From positions 1-63,884 of IMG/VR virus record IMGVR_UViG_3300036985_002667: a stretch of DNA of 63,884 nucleotides; one strand, given 5' to 3'. Position numbers and translations under genes: made by a program. Shown piece after piece: positions 10,568-20,074 of the stretch (positions are counted from its first letter, which is position 1; each line of letters opens with the position of its first letter). The stretch is from a virus. Its lineage: Duplodnaviria; Caudoviricetes. Under the pieces are notes generated by a model. It did no database searches and was not told the origin of the DNA. It worked only from the letters and a program-made list of their open reading frames with translations.

Positions 10568-10801
10568 CTACTCAAGCCGCCAGATACGGACGCCGTAGCG
10601 TCCGTATTCGCAGCGGTTAGCTACACCGAGTGAGATTTGCAGATGTTCTTCGGCAGGGGCCAGTAGTTCGGCCACCTGCTTATCTGTTGCTGTCGTAGGT
10701 AGAAAGAACGAGCACCCCTTGCGCACGTCCTCCCAAGGGATGAAGTATTGCGCGCCGAGGATAGTCAGAATCCTGATCTCGTCAGGAAGTTTCAATCGCA
10801 T
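10568..10801 (-). CDS. Small conserved phage protein (PW...G.SFF.P...GVRIWR family)
   Basis: Overlaps primase end; start chosen at 10801; similar pattern to 31979-32320. Confidence 0.55.
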   Translation of the reverse strand: MRLKLPDEIRILTILGAQYFIPWEDVRKGCSFFLPTTATDKQVAELLAPAEEHLQISLGVANRCEYGRYGVRIWRLE

Positions 10802-13649
10802 TGGCCATGCCCACTGCATCACTGTCAAAACAATAACTGCGCACGGACGGCACGCTCATGCTGCCGATTGATCCTGCTGCGATCCGCTTGGCTATCGCCC
10901 TGCCTTCGTTCTTTAGCATCTTCAGGCTCATCAGACCTTTGATTGTCTGCCGCACGTCAACCTGATGCTCAACCAGATAGGAACGGAGCTCGTGTGCTGG
11001 TATCCACAGCTCTTTGCGGTCGGGCTCGTAGCGTAGCTTCAACGCATTGCGCGGTGCCTCGATGGGAGCTGCGGGCAGTCCGTTCTTGGGCGACTCGATG
11101 ATGAGCGCGTTCGCCAAATTGTCGTTGATGTAGCGCCCGAGGATTTCCGCTGCGAGAGAGTCCCCGTGGCTGACGGAAGCCTTATTTGAAATCTTGACGC
11201 CTGTTAGCTCCTTGAGCATGTACTGATAGATCGGCGCGATCTTGATGTCGATCAGCCCCAGCTGGCGTGCGAAGTAGGCACCTGTGAATGAACATGCCAA
11301 CGTGCCGGAATGGAATCGATCTGATTTGTCCAAGTTTAGCTCCTCGTCGATCTTGCGCTGCATCTGGTGCAGTGTCTCAATGACCAGCGCTTTGTTCTTC
11401 AGGACGAAGCTGACGAAGATCGGACCGGCGAGCCCGTAGTTGCTGGCGAGCTTGCGGAAGATTTCATCGGCCTCGGCCTTGGAGATGTCGGCACTGCCCG
11501 CTACGTAGATGTCGATGAGTCGGGCTTGCTCACCACCAGACGTGGCCTTGATGCTGCTGATGGCATCGGAGAACACCGAGTTGCTGGAGGTGACGACGAT
11601 GCTGCTCCATGTGGTGTTGTTGTTCCGCAGCTTGTTAGCCTGCGAATCCATCCGGTGCCGGGCTCGGCCTCGGGTAACGGAGTAGATGAAGTCGGACAGT
11701 TCCTCGGGCTTGGTGTTGGTCATCTCGTCGAAGGACGGGCTGATGTTATTCAGCATGCCGATATGTTGGAACTTGGCCAAGTATGTATCGTCTGAGGAGC
11801 CCAGCAGCTTGGCTGGATTACCGAAGATGGAGTCCTTGACCATCATGGCCGTGGTCTTGCCTGTGCCGGATTCGTTCGACACCAGATTGATAACCGCACC
11901 TTTCACATCGAAACCGCCCAGCAGCGGCATAAGCACCGAGCCGAAGCCGCAGAACAGCGTGAAGGCGTGCGGCTCTAGTCCGGGCCGACCGTAAAAGTTA
12001 GCGATTGATTTCCACTCTTCGAGACTACCCGCTGGTTGGAAGGCAGGTGCCAGCTGCCGAGTGCTGCTGGCTGGGGGCGCGAGCTTGGGACCCGCGATGG
12101 TGTATTCGATCTCGCCCACCACGAACCCGGATTCGTCCGGTGTCCAACCCATCTGACTACGAGTCTTGCAGGCGCTAGCGTCTTTTTGCAGCTTACGAAT
12201 TGCGGAAGCGAAGTAGGCCATGATGACATCCCATTGTTTGCTGTAGGCAACGACCCCGTGCTTGACCAGTGTCGTTTGTAGTTTCTCCCGATTAAGAAGG
12301 GCTGTGGCGGGCGCGTAGAAAACACGCACGCCGTCATGGGGTAGGTGCAGGCATACGCCCAGCAGTTCACCCTCACCGTCGCCGTGGTCGTCCGAATCGT
12401 AGAATCGGTTGGTGAGGTACAAGTCTTGAGGGTAGACCTCGATGACTGTCTCCTCGCCATCGGCATCAGTCTTCTTGCAATACACCCCGCCCGATGCGCC
12501 CCGATAGTAGGGGAACGGATAGACCGGGATGTTGACCGTCACCTCCAGATGCGCGCCGTCTGCGTCCGGGATGGTGTGCTCGACCTTGTAGACCTCGGCA
12601 CCGTCCTCGACCACCACAGGCGCAGCGGGAACCATGCGACCCAGCATGATGGGGCTGGTGATCTTGTGCGTGCACCCCTTGCAGTTCTCAGGGTAGTTGT
12701 CCTTGAACCACTGGCAGGTGTAGGGCTTGCCGGTTACCCGCTGCGCCTTGTCTATAGTCGCCCCGGAGGAATAGCCCGGGTGCTGCTCAGATACGGTATG
12801 GATCGCGGTGTCTGCGTCCACACAGGTGGCAGCGACAGACAGCACAGCCCGCCACAGGGGCTCCACCACTGACGCTTGGCTCTCATAGGCGTGCTTGACC
12901 TGCGCACAGCCTGTGCCCCGCAGGCTCTTGTCGAGCAGTAGCGAGAACTCACAGTCCGGCAGGTCGCCACCGCTGCGTGCCAGCGAGGCGGTGATGTCGT
13001 CCATACCCAGTGCTGCCGCAGGCACCAGCTCTGAGGCAGGCGTGGCGAACTTCTCCCGCAGTGTAGCGAACGGCGTGGGCTGGCCGAGGTGCACCAGCAC
13101 CGCCAGCGGGTGGTCCGGCGAGTTGTAGTTAACCGTGCCGGGCATGCGCATGATACGCGCAGCGTCGCCCGTCACCTGCGGGTCGATCTTCAGCCCATTG
13201 GCAAAACAGAACGCCTTGAGCGCACGGGCGACCGGCAGCCACTCCGCGATAGGCACAGCCTCTGTGAGTGCCCAGTATGCCTGCACCCCGCGCCCTGAGA
13301 ACACGATAGTGGGCTTGGGCAGGCCAGTGTCTACGACAAACTTTTTAAGCGCCTTGCTGGCCTCGGAGGGTGTCGCGTACGGCACGCCGTCATGGCTATC
13401 GAGCTCAAGGAACAGGCACTTCATTTCAACTGCGTTTGCGGCAGTGCGACCTGCCGCAGAGTCCGCGTAGGTAGCGATGGCTACGTACACATTCCAGAAC
13501 TCTTCATTCAGCTCCTGAGCTAGCTGCGAAGCTTCTTCTTTGGTGCTGCAAAACCTATGTTGGACTGCTTTTTTATTTTTGCTGTTGATACGTGCAACAC
13601 AATATGTACCAGCAGACGGCAGTATGGCGTCTAGGAAGGTGGTGCTCAC
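10782..13649 (-). CDS. DNA primase-helicase (AEP/RepB-like primase plus DUF927 helicase)
   Basis: LELD, SGRG.Q.YW, D.ARIMRMPGT.N primase motifs; Walker A ESGTGKTT; FDE Walker B. Confidence 0.85.
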   Translation of the reverse strand: MSTTFLDAILPSAGTYCVARINSKNKKAVQHRFCSTKEEASQLAQELNEEFWNVYVAIATYADSAAGRTAANAVEMKCLFLELDSHDGVPYATPSEASKALKKFVVDTGLPKPTIVFSGRGVQAYWALTEAVPIAEWLPVARALKAFCFANGLKIDPQVTGDAARIMRMPGTVNYNSPDHPLAVLVHLGQPTPFATLREKFATPASELVPAAALGMDDITASLARSGGDLPDCEFSLLLDKSLRGTGCAQVKHAYESQASVVEPLWRAVLSVAATCVDADTAIHTVSEQHPGYSSGATIDKAQRVTGKPYTCQWFKDNYPENCKGCTHKITSPIMLGRMVPAAPVVVEDGAEVYKVEHTIPDADGAHLEVTVNIPVYPFPYYRGASGGVYCKKTDADGEETVIEVYPQDLYLTNRFYDSDDHGDGEGELLGVCLHLPHDGVRVFYAPATALLNREKLQTTLVKHGVVAYSKQWDVIMAYFASAIRKLQKDASACKTRSQMGWTPDESGFVVGEIEYTIAGPKLAPPASSTRQLAPAFQPAGSLEEWKSIANFYGRPGLEPHAFTLFCGFGSVLMPLLGGFDVKGAVINLVSNESGTGKTTAMMVKDSIFGNPAKLLGSSDDTYLAKFQHIGMLNNISPSFDEMTNTKPEELSDFIYSVTRGRARHRMDSQANKLRNNNTTWSSIVVTSSNSVFSDAISSIKATSGGEQARLIDIYVAGSADISKAEADEIFRKLASNYGLAGPIFVSFVLKNKALVIETLHQMQRKIDEELNLDKSDRFHSGTLACSFTGAYFARQLGLIDIKIAPIYQYMLKELTGVKISNKASVSHGDSLAAEILGRYINDNLANALIIESPKNGLPAAPIEAPRNALKLRYEPDRKELWIPAHELRSYLVEHQVDVRQTIKGLMSLKMLKNEGRAIAKRIAAGSIGSMSVPSVRSYCFDSDAVGMANAIETS

Positions 13650-13686
13650 GTAGCCTCACACGGGATTCGGTTGGCGGGGAAAAGGT

Positions 13687-13742
13687 GAGGCGGCGGCCCC
13701 GTGGTCCGCCTCGTCGCTACGGGATCAGCGCAGCCTAGCCTC
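13687..13742 (-). ncRNA. C4-antisense-like three-way-junction RNA upstream of primase
   Basis: GAGGC/GCCTC closing stem; hairpins GCTGCG/CGTAGC and GGCGG/CCGCC; loop CACGGG complementary to CCCGTG beside the primase SD. Confidence 0.45.
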
Positions 13743-13750
13743 GATACTGA

Positions 13751-13993
13751 TTATGCCGACTCAAGTTGATAAACCAAAATAAGAATCTGTTCCAAGTGTT
13801 TGGTTCGGGGGGTTGTTTTCCCACTGAACCACCGGTAGATGATAGGCCGACTAACGCCTAGCATTCGTGACACCTCCCAGACCGAGACGCCTCGATCAAT
13901 GCACACTCTGGCTAAGCGAATAGTCGGCAGCGACGGGTTAGCCGCAGCCACTTTTTGTACGAGCGCTGTGCTATACCCACGCGAATCACTCAT
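13751..13993 (-). CDS. Cro/XRE-like HTH DNA-binding protein
   Basis: SVWEVSRMLGVSRPIIYRWFSG..P helix-turn-helix. Confidence 0.75.
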   Translation of the reverse strand: MSDSRGYSTALVQKVAAANPSLPTIRLARVCIDRGVSVWEVSRMLGVSRPIIYRWFSGKTTPRTKHLEQILILVYQLESA

Positions 13994-14906
13994 CGTCGTC
14001 CGTGCCCCAATCGCTCAGGATTTCGGAAACATTCGGCTTGTCTGCCGGAATGTCAGGAACAACTACTTTCTTGGTTCTTTTGACCGGCTCGGCTACTTCC
14101 TCAGCGGGTGCTACCTCCATAGCTACGGGTGCTACCTCCATAGCTGCCGGACTTTGCGTGAATGCAACGGCAAGCACTTGAGGTTTGTCCGCTTTGACCG
14201 CGAACTTGAACTCCACAGCACGGCGGGCATCATCCGAAGCGCCTTGCGCCTTGGACAGCTCCCACTCTTCCCGGGTCAGCGGACGCACGGCCTTGAAGCG
14301 CAGCACAGGCACGGCCTCGGCAGTATCGAAACGCATCTCGGTCACGACACCGCTGATCGGCACGCCATGCCCTGCCAAGAAGTTGGCGTAGGCTTGCAGG
14401 CTCATCTTGCCATCCACAGGCTTGCCGAAGATCGACTTGGCCGGGAGTTGCAGGCGGTAGATGTCGCCACCGATGTCGTTCTCAAGGGACACAGCCATGC
14501 GACGACTGAAGCGGCAAGCGCGGGTCTTGCCATCGCCAGAGCCTTCGATGTTCTGCGGGCAGTTGGCGCAATTATCAAACTGACGCTGCTCGGCAGGCAC
14601 TTCGTCGTTGGGTTTGACGCCATCGGCAGACCAGCAGGTGGGGCCGACATCTTTGCCTTCTTCGTATTTGCCGATGAAGAACGTACGGGAGTTGGTCTTG
14701 GCAGCGGCCACGATCACAACATTCATGGCGCGGTCTTCGTTGCGAGCGATCTCTTCGCCGCCAGACATCATGCGCCACACACCACCCTTGATGGAGATGG
14801 ATTTGGAATTGCTTTGGCCAGCCAATGACTTGGTGATGTCGTCTTCAGGGTTGCGCAGGTAGTCAGGCAGAGATGCACCGGAATTGAATAGGGTCATATT
14901 GCTCAT
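13986..14906 (-). CDS. Putative ssDNA-binding/annealing protein
   Basis: CWS.DG...C..CP.N..GSG...AC motif, acidic C-terminal tail (WGTDDDE), position in replication module. Confidence 0.55.
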   Translation of the reverse strand: MSNMTLFNSGASLPDYLRNPEDDITKSLAGQSNSKSISIKGGVWRMMSGGEEIARNEDRAMNVVIVAAAKTNSRTFFIGKYEEGKDVGPTCWSADGVKPNDEVPAEQRQFDNCANCPQNIEGSGDGKTRACRFSRRMAVSLENDIGGDIYRLQLPAKSIFGKPVDGKMSLQAYANFLAGHGVPISGVVTEMRFDTAEAVPVLRFKAVRPLTREEWELSKAQGASDDARRAVEFKFAVKADKPQVLAVAFTQSPAAMEVAPVAMEVAPAEEVAEPVKRTKKVVVPDIPADKPNVSEILSDWGTDDDE

Positions 14907-14938
14907 GGTTGTTCCTTTTGGTTGAGTAATTACCGGCG

Positions 14939-15325
14939 TTACTTTGCCCGACGTACAGTGATGCTGTACTTCGAGTCAACGTTCAAGCCGACTGGCAGCT
15001 TATCAGGGTTTGCTTCCATGAATTCCTTAAAATTTCCTTGGTGAATGCGTCGTTCGAGTATTTGCGGCACATCGTTTTCCTTGATGAATCCGTACATGCT
15101 GTCCCAATCATTTGTCCAATAACGAGTTTTTATTGTCTTGGAGAAAGACCCGTACGTAGTCTTGCCTCCGTCTTGTCCTGTGGCTTTGCAGATTTCCAAT
15201 AATTCCTGTTCGACAATTCCCATTTGCTCAGTTAGCTCGGCTAGCTTGGTCTCGTGCTCTCGTACCATCAGTTCCTTAGCGTCTCGCATCTTTAGATAAA
15301 CTTGTACTAATTTCGCAGCGTCCAT
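14939..15325 (-). CDS. Conserved coiled-coil replication-module protein
   Basis: 128 aa, AAGGAG SD, between helicase and SSB-like gene. Confidence 0.6.
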   Translation of the reverse strand: MDAAKLVQVYLKMRDAKELMVREHETKLAELTEQMGIVEQELLEICKATGQDGGKTTYGSFSKTIKTRYWTNDWDSMYGFIKENDVPQILERRIHQGNFKEFMEANPDKLPVGLNVDSKYSITVRRAK

Positions 15326-15350
15326 CGTGGTCTCCTTGGTGTTTACTTAG

Positions 15351-16895
15351 TTAACTTATTTCCTGTTTATACATCTCAACTAGGGATTGATGCAAGTCAA
15401 TTTTGTTCTGGAGCATGGCGTACATCCGCTTCTCGACGGGGCTGCCTTGCAAGTGCGTGACCGTGACGTTGCGTGTCTGGCCTTGGCGGTGCGCCCGGGC
15501 GTTGGCTTGCAGGTACATCTCGGTGGAAGACACTGGCCCCCACCACACCACCTGATCGGCGCGGGTGAGCGTGATGCCATGCGCTGTGGCCTGCGGCACC
15601 AGCAGCAACACCTGCGGGCTGTCTTGGGTCTGGAACCGTTTGATGATCTCGGCCCGAGCGCCTGCGGCTACGCCGCCGTGGATAGTCTCGACGGTGAACG
15701 CGGTGAGCTCGTCGCGCAGCATGTCGATAACGTGCCGGAAGGGTACGAAGACCAGCACCTTGCGGTCGGTCTGCTCGATGATGCTGACTAGCTCCGCCAG
15801 ACGATTCTTGATGTCAAACTGAATGACTTCCTTGGTGTCGGTATACGCGCACCCGCACGATATTTGCAGTAGCTTGTTGAGCATGCCCGCTGCGTTGGCC
15901 GCCGTGATCTCTTCACCGGCGGCACGGGTAATCATCTCTTGCTTGATGGCGTTGTAATACTTCTGTTGCTGCGGTGTAAGGGGCACTTCCCGGGTCGCAT
16001 AGAGCAGATCGGGCAAGTCCAAGCACTCTTCCTTCGTGAACCGAATAGCCGGCTGTAGCGCGTCATGCACAATAGTCTGAGAGTCATTGCGGGGCACCCA
16101 CTTGTATTGAGTAATCTTGGTCATGACCTTGTCGCGCCATGCACCGAAGAACCTAGGCACGTTGTCCGGGTTGACCAGCTTGGCTAGGCCATACGCATCC
16201 AGCGGAGACTGAGAGGCCGGGGTGCCGGTCATCATCCACAGCCGGGTGTCGGCACGGATGAGCGAGGCGAGTGCTTTCCAGCGGTCAGTCGACACGCTTT
16301 TTACGGCATTGGCTTCGTCGACAATGATAAGATCGAACTCTCCTGCCGCGAGTGCCGGAGTGACCACCTTTACGCCATCGAAATTGATAATGACGAACTC
16401 GTAGTTCCCCGCAATAACCGCCTCGCGTTTTCTTCTGTCCCCTGTGGCAATCGCCACTGTCCTGTGCATCACCGTACGGAACAAGTCCGCCCGCCACGCG
16501 GTGTCCATGATCGACACCGGGCAGATCACCAGCACGCGCTTCACGCGGCCTTTGTTCATGAGGTAGTCAGCAGCCCATGCGGCAGCACTGGTCTTGCCTG
16601 TGCCCGGCTCGTTAAAGCAAAAACACCGTGGGTGCGTGGCAAAGAACGCAGCCGTGGTGCGCTGATGTTCGAACGGCGTGTAGACGCCGGGCCAGTCGTA
16701 AGTACCCAGTATGGGATGCGGCGGCGCTTTGATCTTGAGGTTGCGCAGAATCTGCACCTCGTCCGGGCCCCAGTTGACGAGTATCTTTGCTAATAGCCCA
16801 TTGCGCTCAATGATGTGCGACTTGGGGATCAGGGCTTTAATCTGATCTGCTTTGCGCGTGACAAAGAGCAGTGCGCGGTTCTCCACGATCTGCAT
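15351..16895 (-). CDS. SNF2/SF2 helicase
   Basis: NEPGTGKT, IVDEAN, MTGTP, HGITLT, QANARAHRQGQ motifs. Confidence 0.92.
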   Translation of the reverse strand: MQIVENRALLFVTRKADQIKALIPKSHIIERNGLLAKILVNWGPDEVQILRNLKIKAPPHPILGTYDWPGVYTPFEHQRTTAAFFATHPRCFCFNEPGTGKTSAAAWAADYLMNKGRVKRVLVICPVSIMDTAWRADLFRTVMHRTVAIATGDRRKREAVIAGNYEFVIINFDGVKVVTPALAAGEFDLIIVDEANAVKSVSTDRWKALASLIRADTRLWMMTGTPASQSPLDAYGLAKLVNPDNVPRFFGAWRDKVMTKITQYKWVPRNDSQTIVHDALQPAIRFTKEECLDLPDLLYATREVPLTPQQQKYYNAIKQEMITRAAGEEITAANAAGMLNKLLQISCGCAYTDTKEVIQFDIKNRLAELVSIIEQTDRKVLVFVPFRHVIDMLRDELTAFTVETIHGGVAAGARAEIIKRFQTQDSPQVLLLVPQATAHGITLTRADQVVWWGPVSSTEMYLQANARAHRQGQTRNVTVTHLQGSPVEKRMYAMLQNKIDLHQSLVEMYKQEIS

Positions 16896-16938
16896 AAACT
16901 TGCTACTTTCAGTAGGTAAACTGCTACTTTTGGCGTGA

Positions 16939-17196
16939 TTACTTCACTTTGTTGCTACTGGTACGCGCAAAGCTTCTGTTCTTCGACTTGGGCACAGCCC
17001 GTAGATTGCTTAGTTTGCTGGTGCCGCCTTTGCTCAAAGGCTTCACGTGGTCAATGTCCATGCTGGCAGGCACAGGACCGTTCGCTTTTTCATACGCACG
17101 GCGAGCTTTGTGCCGCTCGGATTGCTTCTTCAGCTGCGCGGGAGTGCCCTGATACAACTCGTATTCACGCTTGTAGTTACGTGGTTTAGTGGCCAT
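16939..17196 (-). CDS. HNH endonuclease
   Basis: DIDHVKPLSKGG...NLR.....N; start set at ATG 17196 after GGAG SD. Confidence 0.85.
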   Translation of the reverse strand: MATKPRNYKREYELYQGTPAQLKKQSERHKARRAYEKANGPVPASMDIDHVKPLSKGGTSKLSNLRAVPKSKNRSFARTSSNKVK

Positions 17197-17213
17197 GAGC
17201 ATCTCCGATAAAT

Positions 17214-17288
17214 TGGTGGAGTCGTCCCGGTTTCGCACCGGGTGTCGTTCCCTTGTCGGGCCGCGTGTCCTACCACACCGCCGACTCC
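17214..17288 (-). ncRNA. tRNA-like RNA (75 nt, CCA end, aberrant anticodon arm)
   Basis: GGAGTCG/CGACTCC acceptor plus ACCA; D arm GTGT-GGTAGG-ACAC; T arm CCCGG-TGCGAAA-CCGGG. Confidence 0.6.
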
Positions 17289-17291
17289 ACG

Positions 17292-17356
17292 CCCTGTCTT
17301 TCCAGAGTGTCCGTTGTATCAGCAGGGGAGATTCCTAGGGAGGACCTGCCTACAAC
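17292..17356 (-). ncRNA. Structured RNA: long hairpin plus GGACAC linker plus CTCTG-GAAAGA-CAGGG T-loop hairpin
   Basis: GTTGTAGGCAGG pairs with CCTGCTGATACAAC; adjacent short hairpin. Confidence 0.4.
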
Positions 17357-17396
17357 CGCCAAGGTTTTGTCCCACCATTAGCTAGGGGTTTGAGCA

Positions 17397-18053
17397 CTAC
17401 CGATGCTCGCATGCCTCGTTGGTCACCGGGCAGAACCGACACAATGGGGAGGGCTTAGCCCCCCACGCACCGTGTTCCACTGCTGACTCGATCATACTAG
17501 CGCGTCCCGCCCACTTTGACCAGATGGTAGGCAGATCGGAACGCTTATATTCCGCCTTCACCACTTTCGCGGCCACCACAAACAACAAGATGCCGGACAC
17601 GACCTGCACCTGCGGGTAGTGGGCCATGATCATTGCCGCCATTAGCTCGAGCTGGTCGGGGTCGGCAAAGCGCGCAGACTTCCCGGTCTTGTAGTCGGCC
17701 ACTCGGGCTTTGGTCTTGCTGATCGCCAAGAAGTCGGGCACGCCTCGGAACCATACATCCTTATCGAAAAAGTCACACGGTGTGAAATCGGCACGGATGG
17801 CCATCTTTTGTTCGCACAGCACGTCGCCTTTGATCTGCCTCAACGGCGCGACGAACAACTCAAACATCTTGAATTGCTCGGGCAAGGGCGTGCCGTCCCG
17901 GATGTAGTCTTCGAATGCTTTATGCACAGCGGTGCCGTATAGCGTGGCGGCGGTGTCTTGTGACTTGAACTTCTTGAGAATGCGAACTTCGTGATACCGA
18001 CGCGGGCACCCCTCGAAGTCTTTAACCGATGAGTACGAATGCGCGAGTGCCAT
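17397..18053 (-). CDS. PD-(D/E)XK Cas4/RecB-like exonuclease
   Basis: SYSS....CP, GTAVH, E..., RGVPD, DYKTGK, C..CP.....C. Confidence 0.88.
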   Translation of the reverse strand: MALAHSYSSVKDFEGCPRRYHEVRILKKFKSQDTAATLYGTAVHKAFEDYIRDGTPLPEQFKMFELFVAPLRQIKGDVLCEQKMAIRADFTPCDFFDKDVWFRGVPDFLAISKTKARVADYKTGKSARFADPDQLELMAAMIMAHYPQVQVVSGILLFVVAAKVVKAEYKRSDLPTIWSKWAGRASMIESAVEHGAWGAKPSPLCRFCPVTNEACEHR

Positions 18054-18084
18054 GTGGATTCCTTAGTATGGAACCCAGTTTAAC

Positions 18085-19974
18085 CTAACAATCGCCGTAT
18101 GCGTCACCGAATCCAGCCTCGCATGATAACGGCAAACCTGTCGACCATTTGGGGTTCCATGACATGCACTCGACGACGTACGCCATAGCGTGCTCCGCTT
18201 GATCCATAGGAGCGATACACGCCACCGAGTCGTGCACCGTGAGCACCACCGGATACCGCTTGCGGATGCGTAGCAACTGCTCGGCCACCACACAGCGGGC
18301 GATAGCCTGAGTAAAATTTTCGACGCAAAGTCCGGGATACACGCGGGTGGGCATGCCCTTGGTGGTGTAGCGCCACTCGGGCTTCTTGTCGTCATTGTAT
18401 TCACGGCGCAGGCCGGGGTACTGGATGTGCAGGCCACTGGGTAGGGTAAGCCCCTTGCCCGGCTCGACACGCACCAGACCGGGCACATCGACCACCATAG
18501 ACTGACCGTTGTGCAGGGCTTGGATGGCTTGGTTGGCCTTGTCCCAAAGATATGGGATGCAGCTGTAGGTGTTGCGGTATGAGTTGATGATGCGCTTGGC
18601 CTCGGCCTCAGTCACCTCGACGCCCGCCATCGACTTGAGGAACGCCTTGAGCTTGACGTGACCAACGCCATAGCCTGCCCCGAGCACCACGACCTTGCCG
18701 ACCTGCCGCTGGGTCTTGTCGATCTGGTCGGCAGCCACGCCATAGATGTGGCTGGCCATGATTTTGTACACGTCCTGCTTGTCCCGGAAGGCTTGCACGA
18801 GGTCGTGCTGGCCCGCCAGCCACGCCAAACACCGGGCTTCGATCTGGGCTGAGTCGCAGTCGATCACGACATGGCCGCGTGGTGCCTTGATAGCGCGCTT
18901 GAGTGCCTTGGCATACGGCCCACGAGTCGGCAGGTTCTGGAGGTTGACCGAGTCTTGGCCACTCCATCTTCCAGAGTGAGCGCCGTAGTAGCGCAGGGGC
19001 ACCGGGAACGCACCGCGCCCAGCCATGCCGATGAACCGCTCAGTGCGGGTCTCCTCGAGGGTGGTCTTATTGCCAAGGCGAGCGGCGACGAGTGCCTGCA
19101 CCCGTACGTCGGGATGCTCGGCCAATTCCTTGAACTGCTCATCGGTCTTGGCGAAGGCGTAGGCGGGCTTGCCTGTGGCCGGGCTGACCTTCATGGGTGG
19201 CACAACGTCGAGGCGTTCGAGCTGCTTGGCAAACTTATCGTTCGACATGAGGAGCTTCTTGAGCCCTTCAAGGCCACTGCTGAACAGAGCCTGCACAGCC
19301 TCGGGGTCGGAGTAGTCTCCGATGAGCGTATCCCGTACGTCCTCAAGCAACTGCTGCTTGTAGTCTTTAACGGCGGCAAGGTGGGAGACGAGCAGGTCTT
19401 TGTCCAGCACCAGCCGAGGCTCGAGGAACATGCGCAGCGTGGCGTCGATGAGACGCAGCTCCTGCTTGGGGAAGCCCATGCTGAGGTAGCGATGAAAGAG
19501 CGTGTGCGTGAGCTCTACGTCGTTGACGCAGTAGGCAGCGTAGCGAGCGAGTTCGTCCGGGGTGAAGTCAACGTAATGCTTACCCAGTGCGTTGAGGACT
19601 TCGTTGCCCTTGACGCCTACGCCGAGGCGAGTGGCTTGGGAGGACAGGCTGTGTGATTTGTCGTGGGGGTAGAGAGCGCGTGACATGCCGAGGATGTCAG
19701 CCCACGCCAGCGGAGAAACGTCATAGTGCCACTTCAGAATGGCACCATCGAATGCTGTGTTCTGGCACACAACCATCTTGTCCGACCAGTCTATGCTGGT
19801 AAGGGCTGCGGCTACGTCAGGCTGGGGATACCACTCGGTGGGTGCGTCACCGATCTTGATGGCAATACCGATTGTCTCGAATCTTGGGTCACGTACGTAG
19901 GCTTCGGTGGTTAGCTTGGTGAGACTGAAGTCGCGGTCGTAGAAAGTTTCTAGGTCCAGCACGAGTGGTATCAT
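18085..19974 (-). CDS. polA: DNA polymerase family A with 3'-5' exonuclease
   Basis: LDLET, QNTAFD, YCVND exo motifs; SGRWSG..VNLQN; DSAQIEAR; RQVGKVVVLGAGYG; VHDS. Confidence 0.95.
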   Translation of the reverse strand: MIPLVLDLETFYDRDFSLTKLTTEAYVRDPRFETIGIAIKIGDAPTEWYPQPDVAAALTSIDWSDKMVVCQNTAFDGAILKWHYDVSPLAWADILGMSRALYPHDKSHSLSSQATRLGVGVKGNEVLNALGKHYVDFTPDELARYAAYCVNDVELTHTLFHRYLSMGFPKQELRLIDATLRMFLEPRLVLDKDLLVSHLAAVKDYKQQLLEDVRDTLIGDYSDPEAVQALFSSGLEGLKKLLMSNDKFAKQLERLDVVPPMKVSPATGKPAYAFAKTDEQFKELAEHPDVRVQALVAARLGNKTTLEETRTERFIGMAGRGAFPVPLRYYGAHSGRWSGQDSVNLQNLPTRGPYAKALKRAIKAPRGHVVIDCDSAQIEARCLAWLAGQHDLVQAFRDKQDVYKIMASHIYGVAADQIDKTQRQVGKVVVLGAGYGVGHVKLKAFLKSMAGVEVTEAEAKRIINSYRNTYSCIPYLWDKANQAIQALHNGQSMVVDVPGLVRVEPGKGLTLPSGLHIQYPGLRREYNDDKKPEWRYTTKGMPTRVYPGLCVENFTQAIARCVVAEQLLRIRKRYPVVLTVHDSVACIAPMDQAEHAMAYVVECMSWNPKWSTGLPLSCEAGFGDAYGDC

Positions 19975-19980
19975 GGTCGG

Positions 19981-19995
19981 GTCTAATCGTTAGAC
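19981..19995. promoter_or_regulatory. TCTAA-N3-TTAGA palindrome (copy 1 of 11)
   Basis: GTCTAATCGTTAGAC, 6 nt upstream of polA ATG and 2 nt before the tRNA. Confidence 0.7.
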
Positions 19996-19997
19996 TT

Positions 19998-20074
19998 GCT
20001 GGCGTAGCTCAGTTGGTAGTAGCACCGCTCTTGTAAAGCGGATGTCGAGGGTTCGATTCCTTCCGCCAGCACCA
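19998..20074 (+). tRNA. tRNA-Thr(TGT)
   Basis: GCTGGCG/CGCCAGC acceptor, CCGCT-CTTGTAA-AGCGG anticodon arm, GTTCGATTC T loop, ACCA end. Confidence 0.93.

Noticed and set aside
14106-14146. 21-bp tandem duplication (AMEVAP) in the SSB-like gene
   Set aside because: Ordinary slippage in a disordered linker.
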